From sequence record PZ154895.1: DNA of 64,000 bases, one strand, 5' to 3'. The translations under genes were made by a program, and so were the position numbers. Origin of the DNA: a phage. The notes beneath the pieces were generated by a model. It was not told where the DNA came from and did not search any database. It worked only from the letters and a program-made list of their open reading frames with translations. Shown here in pieces: positions 28,529 to 37,545 of the stretch (its first letter is position 1; every line of letters starts with the position of its first letter).

Positions 28529-29497
28529 ATGAAAACTGTAACTATCAATAAGGGTATCTACTTTGGTAAAGAAATCTCTGGAACTTTTGAGCTCTTAGGC
28601 GAATGGTTCCCAGATAATGCTCCGGTAGATGCACAAGGAGATGGTAAAGTTTTTGTTGAAATTGACGGTAAACGTCGCGGTGTTTGGGTTTACAAATCAG
28701 ATATTTCATATGATGGTGTAAAAGTTGAAGAAGTTAAAGAATCGTATGAAGATATGAAAACCCGCATTAATAAAAGATTTAATGTTATGGGAATGATGAC
28801 GAACGGTATTATTAATGGAAATATTCGTTCATTAATTATCTCTGGCGCAGCAGGTATTGGTAAAACGTATTCTTTAGATAAAGCTTTAAATAAAGCAAAT
28901 GATATTGGATACATTGAATATAAAAGCATTAATGGTAAAATCTCTGGTATTGGTCTTTATGAGCAGCTTTGGAATAATCGTGAAGAGAATTCTGTCCTTT
29001 TGATTGATGATGTGGATGTTTTCTCTGATATGGACATTCTTAATCTTCTAAAAGCTGCTCTGGACACTGGAGAGACCCGTAAAGTCTGCTGGAGCACTGC
29101 GTCTTCTTACTTAGAAGAAAAAGGCATTGACCGTGAGTTTGAATTTAAAGGAACGATTGTTTTTATCACAAACGTTGACATTGACCGCGAATTAGACCGT
29201 GGTACTAAACTTGCTCCACATTTACAAGCATTAGTGTCCCGCTCAGTTTATTTGGATTTGGGTGTTCACACTAATGAAGAAATTATGGTCAGGGTTGAAG
29301 ATGTTATTCTTTCAACTGACATGATGCAAAAGCGTGGTCTTTCTGATGAAGAAACTTATAAAGCATTATCATGGATGAAAGTTAATGTTAATCGTTTACG
29401 CAATGTTTCACTGCGTACTGCTCTTTATCTTGCTGACTTTATTATGACCGACAAAAACGGTTGGGAAGAAATTGCTGAGGTTACTCTTCTGAAATAA
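28529..29497 (+). CDS. AAA+ family ATPase with N-terminal extra domain
   Basis: 322 aa from ATG 28529; Walker A GAAGIGKT, Walker B LLIDDVD. Confidence 0.65.
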   Translation: MKTVTINKGIYFGKEISGTFELLGEWFPDNAPVDAQGDGKVFVEIDGKRRGVWVYKSDISYDGVKVEEVKESYEDMKTRINKRFNVMGMMTNGIINGNIRSLIISGAAGIGKTYSLDKALNKANDIGYIEYKSINGKISGIGLYEQLWNNREENSVLLIDDVDVFSDMDILNLLKAALDTGETRKVCWSTASSYLEEKGIDREFEFKGTIVFITNVDIDRELDRGTKLAPHLQALVSRSVYLDLGVHTNEEIMVRVEDVILSTDMMQKRGLSDEETYKALSWMKVNVNRLRNVSLRTALYLADFIMTDKNGWEEIAEVTLLK

Positions 29498-29598
29498 TTC
29501 ATAAGAGGACTTCTATGACAAAAAGGCAGTTCAGAAATAGATTATATGGACTGCCATTAAAAAGATGACTAGAATTAAACTGGTGAATGGAGGTAGTG

Positions 29599-29901
29599 AT
29601 GTTATACTCAAAGGCTCGTGAAATTTACGAAACTAAAATTAAAGAAGCAGTATTTCAGTTCGCAACGACAATGCGATGGACAAATGACTGGGAGTATTCA
29701 AAAAATCATAAGAAGCCCATGGTGACAAGAAAGGCTCATATGTTAGTGTTAATAGACCGTGAGCAGATTAAAGCCCGAGAAGCCCTCCAGAATCATAAAA
29801 AGGCTGCCTTTGAATGGTTTATGGATAACACTGCTCCTGAGACTAAGAAAGCAGTGAGCGCATGGTTCAGTGGAAAAAATTGTGAAAGAAGTTTCTTTTA
29901 G
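29599..29901 (+). CDS. hypothetical protein
   Basis: 100 aa from ATG 29599 with SD GGAGG. Confidence 0.45.
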   Translation: MLYSKAREIYETKIKEAVFQFATTMRWTNDWEYSKNHKKPMVTRKAHMLVLIDREQIKAREALQNHKKAAFEWFMDNTAPETKKAVSAWFSGKNCERSFF

Positions 29902-29925
29902 TGGTTTACAAGACTGTTCCTCTGT

Positions 29926-29948
29926 GGTACTATACAACTATCAACTAC
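29926..29948 (+). repeat. 23-nt core GGTACTATACAACTATCAACTAC (partial cassette copy)
   Basis: exact match to cores at 12951-12973 and 28484-28506. Confidence 0.7.
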
Positions 29949-29961
29949 GGAGGAACAGAAA

Positions 29962-30489
29962 ATGAACGCTAAAGATATTTTCAACCTGGTAAATTACAAC
30001 GATGGTAAATTTAAATCTGAAGCACAAAGCAAGTTCTTTAACGACATCTCAATCGGAGGTGAAATCACTGTTGATGGAGGACAAATTTACAAATCCCGTT
30101 GGAACTGGATCGTTATTATTGATGAGATTGGTATTGTCGAAATTTACAAGAATACGAATAAAAATCGTACATTACACTGGTCTCGTGATACTAACGAACA
30201 GTACAAAAAAGATAAAGCATCTAAAATTTCTCGTGTAACTCAAGAAGATATTGAGTTTATCAAGAAAGATATTTTAATGTATGATAACTTAATTGCTGAA
30301 GAGCAAGCTGTTATTGATAAATTTGACGAGATTAAAGCTTCTCGTGAAATTCCTGATTTTATGAAAGAATCAGTAAATGAACGATACACTCTCATTTCAG
30401 AGCGTATTGAAACTTACAAAAAGCAAAGAGCTGAACGCCAAAATACTCTTCGGAAGTTTGAAGAACGGTTAAAGACGGTACTCGCATAA
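29962..30489 (+). CDS. hypothetical protein with C-terminal coiled coil
   Basis: 175 aa; promoter cassette upstream. Confidence 0.5.
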   Translation: MNAKDIFNLVNYNDGKFKSEAQSKFFNDISIGGEITVDGGQIYKSRWNWIVIIDEIGIVEIYKNTNKNRTLHWSRDTNEQYKKDKASKISRVTQEDIEFIKKDILMYDNLIAEEQAVIDKFDEIKASREIPDFMKESVNERYTLISERIETYKKQRAERQNTLRKFEERLKTVLA

Positions 30490-30544
30490 CCGCTTTATAC
30501 CAAGGATGGTATAATGGTTCTAAGCCCTTTTAATTGAGATTATT

Positions 30545-30952
30545 ATGAAACAGTTGATAATTAAAAGATTGAATTTATTGATATGTTGTTTATGTGTAGT
30601 AGTTGCATACGGTTATTACGCAATTAATGATTATATGCATTATAAAGATTATGATGTTACTGTAGTTAATACCATTACAGGAACACAAGGAAAGGGGTCT
30701 AGTTTATCGTTTATTGCCGTATATGAACTCAAAGACGGTTATAGATTTAGTGAATATATTTCCCCAGAGATGTATTTTTCAATAGAAAAGGGTGATAATA
30801 TTACTGTAAGTTTACGTCCTTTCGACGTAAAACAGACACTGTTTGATAATATTGTTTGGTTCTTTGGGATGGTATTAGTTCAATCCGTGTGTGGCGCTTA
30901 TGTAGTCTGTTCAATCATATTCTGTGTATTTAGTAAAATTGAAATTGAGTGA
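30545..30952 (+). CDS. membrane protein
   Basis: 135 aa, N- and C-terminal hydrophobic helices. Confidence 0.5.
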   Translation: MKQLIIKRLNLLICCLCVVVAYGYYAINDYMHYKDYDVTVVNTITGTQGKGSSLSFIAVYELKDGYRFSEYISPEMYFSIEKGDNITVSLRPFDVKQTLFDNIVWFFGMVLVQSVCGAYVVCSIIFCVFSKIEIE

Positions 30953-30959
30953 GGAAAAT

Positions 30960-31850
30960 ATGTCAGTAGTAATTAATAATGTCAATGCAGTAATTAAATC
31001 ATTAGTTAATAAAAAAATGATGAATGAATGGACTGTACTTCGCCGTGGAGAGCCAGATAAATTTTTTCATAGATTTAACCCAACTTTGGATTTGAATGTT
31101 ATCGACAAAGATGTTCATGCAGAAATTTTAGATAAGTTTAAAGTTGATATTGGATTTGGATTAGAAAAACATTTGCAGCGAACAACCGGGTCTGGAATGA
31201 GTTTATCTAATCGCATTATGAAAGCCCTTAATAAAATTGGAGCGTTGTCTCGTATTAATGCGAGCGAAATCCTTCGTAATTATAATAAAGGATATGACCT
31301 TTATGGTCGACTAATGCCAAAATTATCATTCGATCAAATGATTGCGGATTTGTGGGAAAATCAACGACGATTATTAGCATTGGGCGCTCGATTAGCTAAA
31401 GGTCTAGATAAACAAATGATTTTTAAGACCAATAATACAGAAGACCTTAAATGCTTTAAATTTAGTATTCGCGGAGATGATTATTACATCAGAGCTCGCT
31501 CTACAGATTATGTCAATATGGGTCATCATCTCTGTTTAGCTTTTGAAGTTTTAAAAGAAGCTGGAACACTAGAATATTCATCTGGTGCTAAATGCCCTAT
31601 TGGTTCAAGTTGTATTTTAATTTATCGCCCGGATGAATCCAGTTCAACTAAATTGCCTACAAAACCTGTACCAGTTCGTAGTAACGAAAAACATTCTGAA
31701 CAAATTGATTATTTTAATAAGCAGATTGAAGAGCTGAATATTTCTATTCAACAATATGACGATGAAATTTTCAGACTATCTGGACTGAGTAGTAAAGCTA
31801 AATCTGAGCGTGAAAAGTTAATTAAAATTGTTGATTTACTTAAATCTTAA
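30960..31850 (+). CDS. paralog-array protein 1 (C-terminal coiled coil)
   Basis: 297 aa from ATG 30960 (SD GAGGAAAA); about 45 aa heptad C-terminus. Confidence 0.55.
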   Translation: MSVVINNVNAVIKSLVNKKMMNEWTVLRRGEPDKFFHRFNPTLDLNVIDKDVHAEILDKFKVDIGFGLEKHLQRTTGSGMSLSNRIMKALNKIGALSRINASEILRNYNKGYDLYGRLMPKLSFDQMIADLWENQRRLLALGARLAKGLDKQMIFKTNNTEDLKCFKFSIRGDDYYIRARSTDYVNMGHHLCLAFEVLKEAGTLEYSSGAKCPIGSSCILIYRPDESSSTKLPTKPVPVRSNEKHSEQIDYFNKQIEELNISIQQYDDEIFRLSGLSSKAKSEREKLIKIVDLLKS

Positions 31851-31858
31851 GGAATACC

Positions 31859-32887
31859 ATGAAAACTCGTTCTCAAATTGAAGATATGGTTCGTAATGCC
31901 AGCTATACTCGTGATGTTATGACATTTTTGTGTGAAAATAATTTAGACCCTGATAAAGTTAATCGTGTTATTCATCACTTTAAGTATACGAATAGCAGTG
32001 AATGGGTGCGTAATTTTAATAAAGCGGGATATATTACACAAATGACTGCTCGTGAGCAGCTCACCGATTTCTGTAAAACTATTGATTATAAAAATCCTCT
32101 ATTTGTTCAAGGCGTTGGCCAAAGTAAGGTCGATTTATCATCTGGATTTTTCAATCCAAATCATTATCGTATTGAATGGAGATTTATTGCTCTGTTCCGT
32201 AGGCAATTAAAGCAAATTTTATCAACTGCGAGTCGATTAAAAGGTTCTGATATTAATTTAAAGAATCTGAAATTTGATGGTTATACTCTTCAGATGGAAG
32301 TAAGACCATTAAAAGAAAATAACAGAACTGCACGAATTAGCTTTAAACCTAATACAAAAAATTCTCTTTCAATTTGCGAATGCCTTAAATCACAGTTGAC
32401 AGAAGCATTTAAGTATATGGATGTTGTTGCTGCTGTTCAGTCTAAGATTTCACAACATTTCGAACGATTTAAATTAGACACAACAACATATGAACTTGAT
32501 ATGATCGTTTCATTTAAATACGATTTTTTGAGAAAGGACGAAGTCACGCAAGAGAAAAAGCAGGAAGTGCAAGATAACTTAAATTTAAATTTATCCAATT
32601 ACTTATCAAACGATCCTAAATTTTGGATGTATAGTTCAGGTAATAAGGATGAATGGAAATTCAATAAAGTGAATTTTCTTCCTGTTGAAAATCCGAGTCT
32701 TAAACCTGTTGAAAAATGGCATGCAGATGCGATTGAGAAGTCTATCAAGGCAGTAGATGATGAACTCGTTAAAGCAACTAATGAAGTGCTAGAAGCTGAA
32801 AAGATGCTAGAAAAAGCTCAAGAAAAAGTCAAAAATCTCACGAAGCAACGTTCTAAACTGAACAATGCACTAAATGCACTAAACTAG
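31859..32887 (+). CDS. paralog-array protein 2 (C-terminal coiled coil)
   Basis: 342 aa; N-terminus MKTRSQIEDM; C-terminal heptad repeats. Confidence 0.55.
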   Translation: MKTRSQIEDMVRNASYTRDVMTFLCENNLDPDKVNRVIHHFKYTNSSEWVRNFNKAGYITQMTAREQLTDFCKTIDYKNPLFVQGVGQSKVDLSSGFFNPNHYRIEWRFIALFRRQLKQILSTASRLKGSDINLKNLKFDGYTLQMEVRPLKENNRTARISFKPNTKNSLSICECLKSQLTEAFKYMDVVAAVQSKISQHFERFKLDTTTYELDMIVSFKYDFLRKDEVTQEKKQEVQDNLNLNLSNYLSNDPKFWMYSSGNKDEWKFNKVNFLPVENPSLKPVEKWHADAIEKSIKAVDDELVKATNEVLEAEKMLEKAQEKVKNLTKQRSKLNNALNALN

Positions 32888-32916
32888 TTTACTTTGCCAC
32901 AAGGATGTGGTATAAT
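32887..32916 (+). promoter_or_regulatory. early promoter GTTTACT-N17-TATAAT upstream of paralog 3
   Basis: -35 32887-32893, -10 32911-32916. Confidence 0.55.
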
Positions 32917-32944
32917 GTTCTTACTTTCTACTGAGGAGATTAAT

Positions 32945-33946
32945 ATGACTCGCAACGAATATATCAAATCGTTCAACAGCGTTATTGATGATAAAGTTAA
33001 ACCTATGTCTAGTCAGAATAGTTTGATTTCTATTATCAATCAATGGCTCAATAATACTGATGCAAGTATTGTTTCTTCTGGCAAATTTATTCATGAAGTT
33101 CGTGAAATTTCTAGTCGTACAGATAAAGAAGACATTAAGAAAACCTTTAAAGGGTCTCGTCTTCTTTCATACTTAGTCAACAGAGATATTCTTAGTAAAT
33201 TTGGGAAAGAAATTAAACGAACTAAAGATGTAGTAGGATATAATTGGTTCGGTGATGTTAATTCTTATCATCTTAATAATAAAGAAGACCCTGAGAATAT
33301 TTTTACTCGTCGTTGGATTAGTAATTTCAGACTTTTCAAAGGACAAATTCTAAAATCAGCTTCTAAATTATGCTATGGCGATTATCGTCAAATTCATCCT
33401 TTGGCTTCTGATATGATTATCGTAAAAGAATATGAGCTTGATAAAAATAAAGTAGCTATTTTTGTGAATTATGGATTTTTTACACCAAACGCTAACCAAA
33501 AGAATATTAATAAATTTTTCTCAATTGCTAGCACTATAACTTATCAATTAGAGGCGGCTTTGGGCTGTATGGAAACTGTAAAAAGTATTCATACATATCC
33601 TTTCAAAAATATGTGTGGTTGGGAAGGATATAAAATTATAATTAGCCTTCGTGAAGTAAAGCGTGCGTACTCACCGACTGATAAAGAAATTTATCAACAA
33701 AAATGCGAAGAAATTGTGAATACTCCTAAAGAAGAAACTACCCTTGAGGAACTAATGGAATGTCTTGACGATTCACCTGAACCGGTAGAAATTCGTCCAG
33801 AAGTTATTGCATTAGAAAAAGCTTATAAAGAAGCTCTAGAAATTTCTAATAAAGCACAGAAAGAATATGAGAAGACTAAAAGGATTTGGGAAGAATCTGT
33901 TAATCGTCTGGATCGTCTGGAACAAGCTTTACAATTAATTAAGTAA
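32945..33946 (+). CDS. paralog-array protein 3 (C-terminal coiled coil)
   Basis: 333 aa from ATG 32945 (SD GGAG); N-terminus MTRNEYIKSF; own early promoter at 32888-32916. Confidence 0.55.
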   Translation: MTRNEYIKSFNSVIDDKVKPMSSQNSLISIINQWLNNTDASIVSSGKFIHEVREISSRTDKEDIKKTFKGSRLLSYLVNRDILSKFGKEIKRTKDVVGYNWFGDVNSYHLNNKEDPENIFTRRWISNFRLFKGQILKSASKLCYGDYRQIHPLASDMIIVKEYELDKNKVAIFVNYGFFTPNANQKNINKFFSIASTITYQLEAALGCMETVKSIHTYPFKNMCGWEGYKIIISLREVKRAYSPTDKEIYQQKCEEIVNTPKEETTLEELMECLDDSPEPVEIRPEVIALEKAYKEALEISNKAQKEYEKTKRIWEESVNRLDRLEQALQLIK

Positions 33947-33998
33947 TTTAAAGCCAAGGATGGCTCGGAGTATAAATCATTAACCAAGTGAGAAGAAC

Positions 33999-34928
33999 AT
34001 GAAAACTCGTAAACATTATATTGATTATTTTGACAGTCTTATTACTAAACACCGTAATTATCAAATCGGGCACAGAGCAGTAATCAATAATATTCTTCGT
34101 GATTTCCTTCAATATGTTGGCCAGGAAAATCATATCTGTAAAGATACTCAAAACGCTTATTCTCATTCGTTAGGCAATTTGCTTGAATGGTTTAAACGTT
34201 CTCGTATGTTATCTTCTACTGTAGCTCGCGATAACATTAAAAACTTTATGAAGCCGAGCTTTATTAAATCTGAGACATCTATAACTGATTTGGTTGAATT
34301 TACTATTGTTAACGATGTTAAAAAGACTCATTTGGCTGATTGGTTATCTACCATTCCTGAAACTAAATTTGCTGATAAATTTGCTTGTCAATTCAATGAC
34401 CAAGTGAATATGCTTTTTAAGCATGCTCGCAAACTGTTTACCGCGGGTGATGACCGTACAAATACAGTTCATGTTAAGGATTGGGTTATTGCTGATGAAG
34501 TAACACACAAGCCAGGTGGTTCATCAGTATTAATTAATATCCAGGTTCCTTATTATTACTCACGTAATCTCGGCACCATGAATGCTAGAGAAATTAATAA
34601 GCATAACAAAACTATTCGTTCGTTGTCTTATAAACTCCGCATGATGCTAAAAATTATGGACGTAGTGGAAATGTATGACGAAACCGAAGATAATGGTTCA
34701 ATGTTATACAGTTCACGCATTCTAATTAAACTGAAGAACCCTAATACATATAAGCCAGATGTAAAAGAACCTAAAGTAGAAAAGGTTGATAACCTGAGTG
34801 AAGAACGTGAATATCTCAAATCTCGATTGGTTGAAGTTGAAGCCCAGATTGCCGAACACACCAAATTGTTAAAAGCTCTTAATGCAAAAGCAAATGGTTT
34901 ACGTAATGCTATTGAGGTATTGAAATGA
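33999..34928 (+). CDS. paralog-array protein 4 (C-terminal coiled coil)
   Basis: 309 aa; N-terminus MKTRKHYIDYF; C-terminal heptad repeats. Confidence 0.55.
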   Translation: MKTRKHYIDYFDSLITKHRNYQIGHRAVINNILRDFLQYVGQENHICKDTQNAYSHSLGNLLEWFKRSRMLSSTVARDNIKNFMKPSFIKSETSITDLVEFTIVNDVKKTHLADWLSTIPETKFADKFACQFNDQVNMLFKHARKLFTAGDDRTNTVHVKDWVIADEVTHKPGGSSVLINIQVPYYYSRNLGTMNAREINKHNKTIRSLSYKLRMMLKIMDVVEMYDETEDNGSMLYSSRILIKLKNPNTYKPDVKEPKVEKVDNLSEEREYLKSRLVEVEAQIAEHTKLLKALNAKANGLRNAIEVLK

Positions 34929-35242
34929 AAAAGCGTCTATTAGAAGACATTGCAGCTTCAAGTAATTCTAGTCTAATTAAAATTATTATGGCTGGTGAAG
35001 AAGACGATCTGGAAATGCGTGGAAAGATTCATGGTTGTGACGATTTAGATTTTAAACCTCCGGCATGGGATGCTATTATTGTTATGGTTGAACGCCGCGA
35101 AAGGGCTTCTAAGAATGTTCCGAACTGCCCAAAATGTGGTACTGAACAGGTACAATTAGTTCATTGGCAGACTAGTATTCTTCGTTATAAATGTCGTCAT
35201 TGCAAACACCGATTTGACCGAGAAGAAAATGAAAAAGCGTAA
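34925..35242 (+). CDS. zinc-ribbon protein
   Basis: 105 aa; CPKCG...CRHCKH four-Cys motif. Confidence 0.5.
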   Translation: MKKRLLEDIAASSNSSLIKIIMAGEEDDLEMRGKIHGCDDLDFKPPAWDAIIVMVERRERASKNVPNCPKCGTEQVQLVHWQTSILRYKCRHCKHRFDREENEKA

Positions 35243-35471
35243 AGAATATATGGAGATTGCTGAAAAGGCAGTCCGTGAATTAGCAATAGCGTATTATAAT
35301 GAACACGGTAAATTTCCTGATAGATACAGCGTGCTTAAATCTGCTTTAACTCGTTCATATAAAAATATGCTATCAGAAGTAAGTGATATTATATACAAAC
35401 ATAAAGAACAAACGGGCCAAAGTCTTGATTACGACGAGACTTTTAAACAAGTACTAGGAATTAAGGAATAA
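35214..35471 (+). CDS. hypothetical protein (start uncertain)
   Basis: 85 aa ORF overlapping upstream gene end. Confidence 0.45.
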   Translation: MTEKKMKKRKEYMEIAEKAVRELAIAYYNEHGKFPDRYSVLKSALTRSYKNMLSEVSDIIYKHKEQTGQSLDYDETFKQVLGIKE

Positions 35472-35472
35472 T

Positions 35473-35736
35473 ATGTTTAAAGTATATGGTTATGATAGCA
35501 ACATCCACAAATGTGTGTATTGCGATAATGCAAAACGTCTCTTGACTGTGAAGAAACAGCCGTTTGAATTTATCAACATTATGCCGGAAAAAGGTGTTTT
35601 TGATGATGAGAAAATCGCTGAGCTTCTGACGAAACTAGGTCGTGATACTCAAATTGGACTGACGATGCCACAAGTATTTGCTCCTGATGGAAGTCATATT
35701 GGTGGATTTGACCAATTGCGGGAATACTTTAAATGA
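35473..35736 (+). CDS. nrdC: thioredoxin/glutaredoxin NrdC
   Basis: 87 aa beginning MFKVYGYDSNIHKCVYCDNAKRLL; CVYC redox motif; matches T4 NrdC as recalled. Confidence 0.92.
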   Translation: MFKVYGYDSNIHKCVYCDNAKRLLTVKKQPFEFINIMPEKGVFDDEKIAELLTKLGRDTQIGLTMPQVFAPDGSHIGGFDQLREYFK

Positions 35737-35948
35737 TGCTCGAAGGAACTGATTATATCCATGACTACCGCGGAAGCGCGGTATATGTAGGTGATGAGGT
35801 TGCAGTTTATTATGGGTATGGAACTTTGATGACAGCAAAGGTTATTCAAATTAAAAATAATCGTGCTAAACTCGAAGTTTATTATTCTAATGGTGAAAAG
35901 TCTATTTCTAAATGGAAATATGGCGATTGCATGGTCAAACTGGGGTAA
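35733..35948 (+). CDS. hypothetical protein
   Basis: 71 aa, ATGA coupling. Confidence 0.45.
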   Translation: MMLEGTDYIHDYRGSAVYVGDEVAVYYGYGTLMTAKVIQIKNNRAKLEVYYSNGEKSISKWKYGDCMVKLG

Positions 35949-35950
35949 AT

Positions 35951-36121
35951 ATGATTTACGATATTAGTGTATCAAGAACTCCGTCAATGGTTACTATTCC
36001 AGCCGAAGAATTAGATCGTCTTCAGAAAATTGAAGAGCTTCTTTGGGAAATTGAATCTGATTTGCCATCAGGACTAGAATCCTGGATTGATTATGAAGAA
36101 CTTAATAAATTGCGAAATTAA
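35951..36121 (+). CDS. hypothetical small protein
   Basis: 56 aa from ATG 35951. Confidence 0.35.
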   Translation: MIYDISVSRTPSMVTIPAEELDRLQKIEELLWEIESDLPSGLESWIDYEELNKLRN

Positions 36122-36131
36122 TTGGTGACAA

Positions 36132-36452
36132 ATGAATATTGAAAATAAATTAGATGTTGATGCAGTTCTGAGTGAAATCATTGAAGACCATGATGCATTT
36201 TCAGAAAACTATGATTTCGATTTTTCCGATTATCTTAAACCTGTCGAAATAGAAGACTGGGTGCAAGACGGTAAATGTCAATATCGTCAGTGTGTTTATT
36301 TTAGTCCAAAACATAACGTTCATGTGTCTGTAAATGAATCTCGCTCAGGTTCTTACCATTCTGACTGGTATTATGCAGTTCCGACTGTTGAACTAGTCGA
36401 GCCCCGTGAACGTGTAGTAACTCAGACAATACGAGAATGGATTACGCTATAA
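36132..36452 (+). CDS. hypothetical acidic protein
   Basis: 106 aa. Confidence 0.45.
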   Translation: MNIENKLDVDAVLSEIIEDHDAFSENYDFDFSDYLKPVEIEDWVQDGKCQYRQCVYFSPKHNVHVSVNESRSGSYHSDWYYAVPTVELVEPRERVVTQTIREWITL

Positions 36453-36557
36453 AACCTTGGTGGGCGGCTAGATGGGAAACAGTAGAGCCAGAACCGGAAG
36501 AACCGGTTTACACTGATGAAGAAACAGTATATAATGAACCTACAATAAATGACATAA

Positions 36558-37022
36558 TTGATATGGAGATGGGACATGATTACAGTAGATAAGTGGTTTA
36601 GAATTAATCGTGCTGATAAAGGGCTGTGTAATTACTGGCCGGAACTTAGTGCAGGTACTGTCTTTAAAGTTCGTGAACTTGCAAAAGAATGTGAAGATGA
36701 TATAGAACCTGATACTGGAATTATTGAAATTGAACTTTCTGACGGAAAGGTTATTAACATCTATGATAAGCCAATTACATATTGGTGCCTATGGAATACT
36801 GAATCAGTAGAAAACGGCGAAATTGAAGAAGTTGTAGAACGAGTTGATCAAGCTATTCATAAACCTAAAGCCGCTTTTCAAGGTGAACGCATTTCATATG
36901 CATTAGCTAAATTAGCTGCGCAAGAAAACAATGATGGCTATGAAGGAAATTTGATGCAAGCTGCGGCAGAATATATTGAATGGCTTGAAACTCAAATTTC
37001 TTTTTCTGACCGAGCGTTTTAA
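36558..37022 (+). CDS. hypothetical protein at the position of T4 pin (Lon protease inhibitor); identity not verified
   Basis: 154 aa ORF immediately upstream of gene 49. Confidence 0.45.
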   Translation: MIWRWDMITVDKWFRINRADKGLCNYWPELSAGTVFKVRELAKECEDDIEPDTGIIEIELSDGKVINIYDKPITYWCLWNTESVENGEIEEVVERVDQAIHKPKAAFQGERISYALAKLAAQENNDGYEGNLMQAAAEYIEWLETQISFSDRAF

Positions 37023-37071
37023 TACTTGAAAATAATAAATACCCTTATCTATTCAAGGTAAGGGTTTTATT

Positions 37072-37545
37072 ATGTTATTGACTGGCAAATTATACAAAGA
37101 AGAAAAACAGAAATTTTATGATGCACAAAACGGTAAATGCTTAATTTGCCAACGAGAACTAAATCCTGATGTTCAAGCTAATCATCTTGACCATGACCAT
37201 GAATTAAATGGACCGAAAGCTGGAAAGGTACGTGGATTGCTCTGTAATCTCTGCAATGCTGCAGAAGGTCAAATGAAGCATAAATTTAATCGTTCTGGCT
37301 TAAAGGGACAAGGTGTTGATTATCTTGAATGGTTAGAAAATTTACTTACTTATTTAAAATCCGATTACACCCAAAATAATATTCACCCTAACTTCGTTGG
37401 AGATAAATCAAAGGAATTTTCTCGTTTAGGAAAAGAGGAAATGATGGCTGAGATGCTTCAAAGAGGATTTGAATATAATGAATCTGACACCAAAACACAA
37501 TTAATAGCTTCATTTAAGAAGCAGCTTAGAAAGAGTTTAAAATGA
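37072..37545 (+). CDS. 49: endonuclease VII (Holliday junction resolvase)
   Basis: 157 aa beginning MLLTGKLYKEEKQKFYDAQNGKCLICQRE; matches T4 gp49 as recalled. Confidence 0.95.
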   Translation: MLLTGKLYKEEKQKFYDAQNGKCLICQRELNPDVQANHLDHDHELNGPKAGKVRGLLCNLCNAAEGQMKHKFNRSGLKGQGVDYLEWLENLLTYLKSDYTQNNIHPNFVGDKSKEFSRLGKEEMMAEMLQRGFEYNESDTKTQLIASFKKQLRKSLK

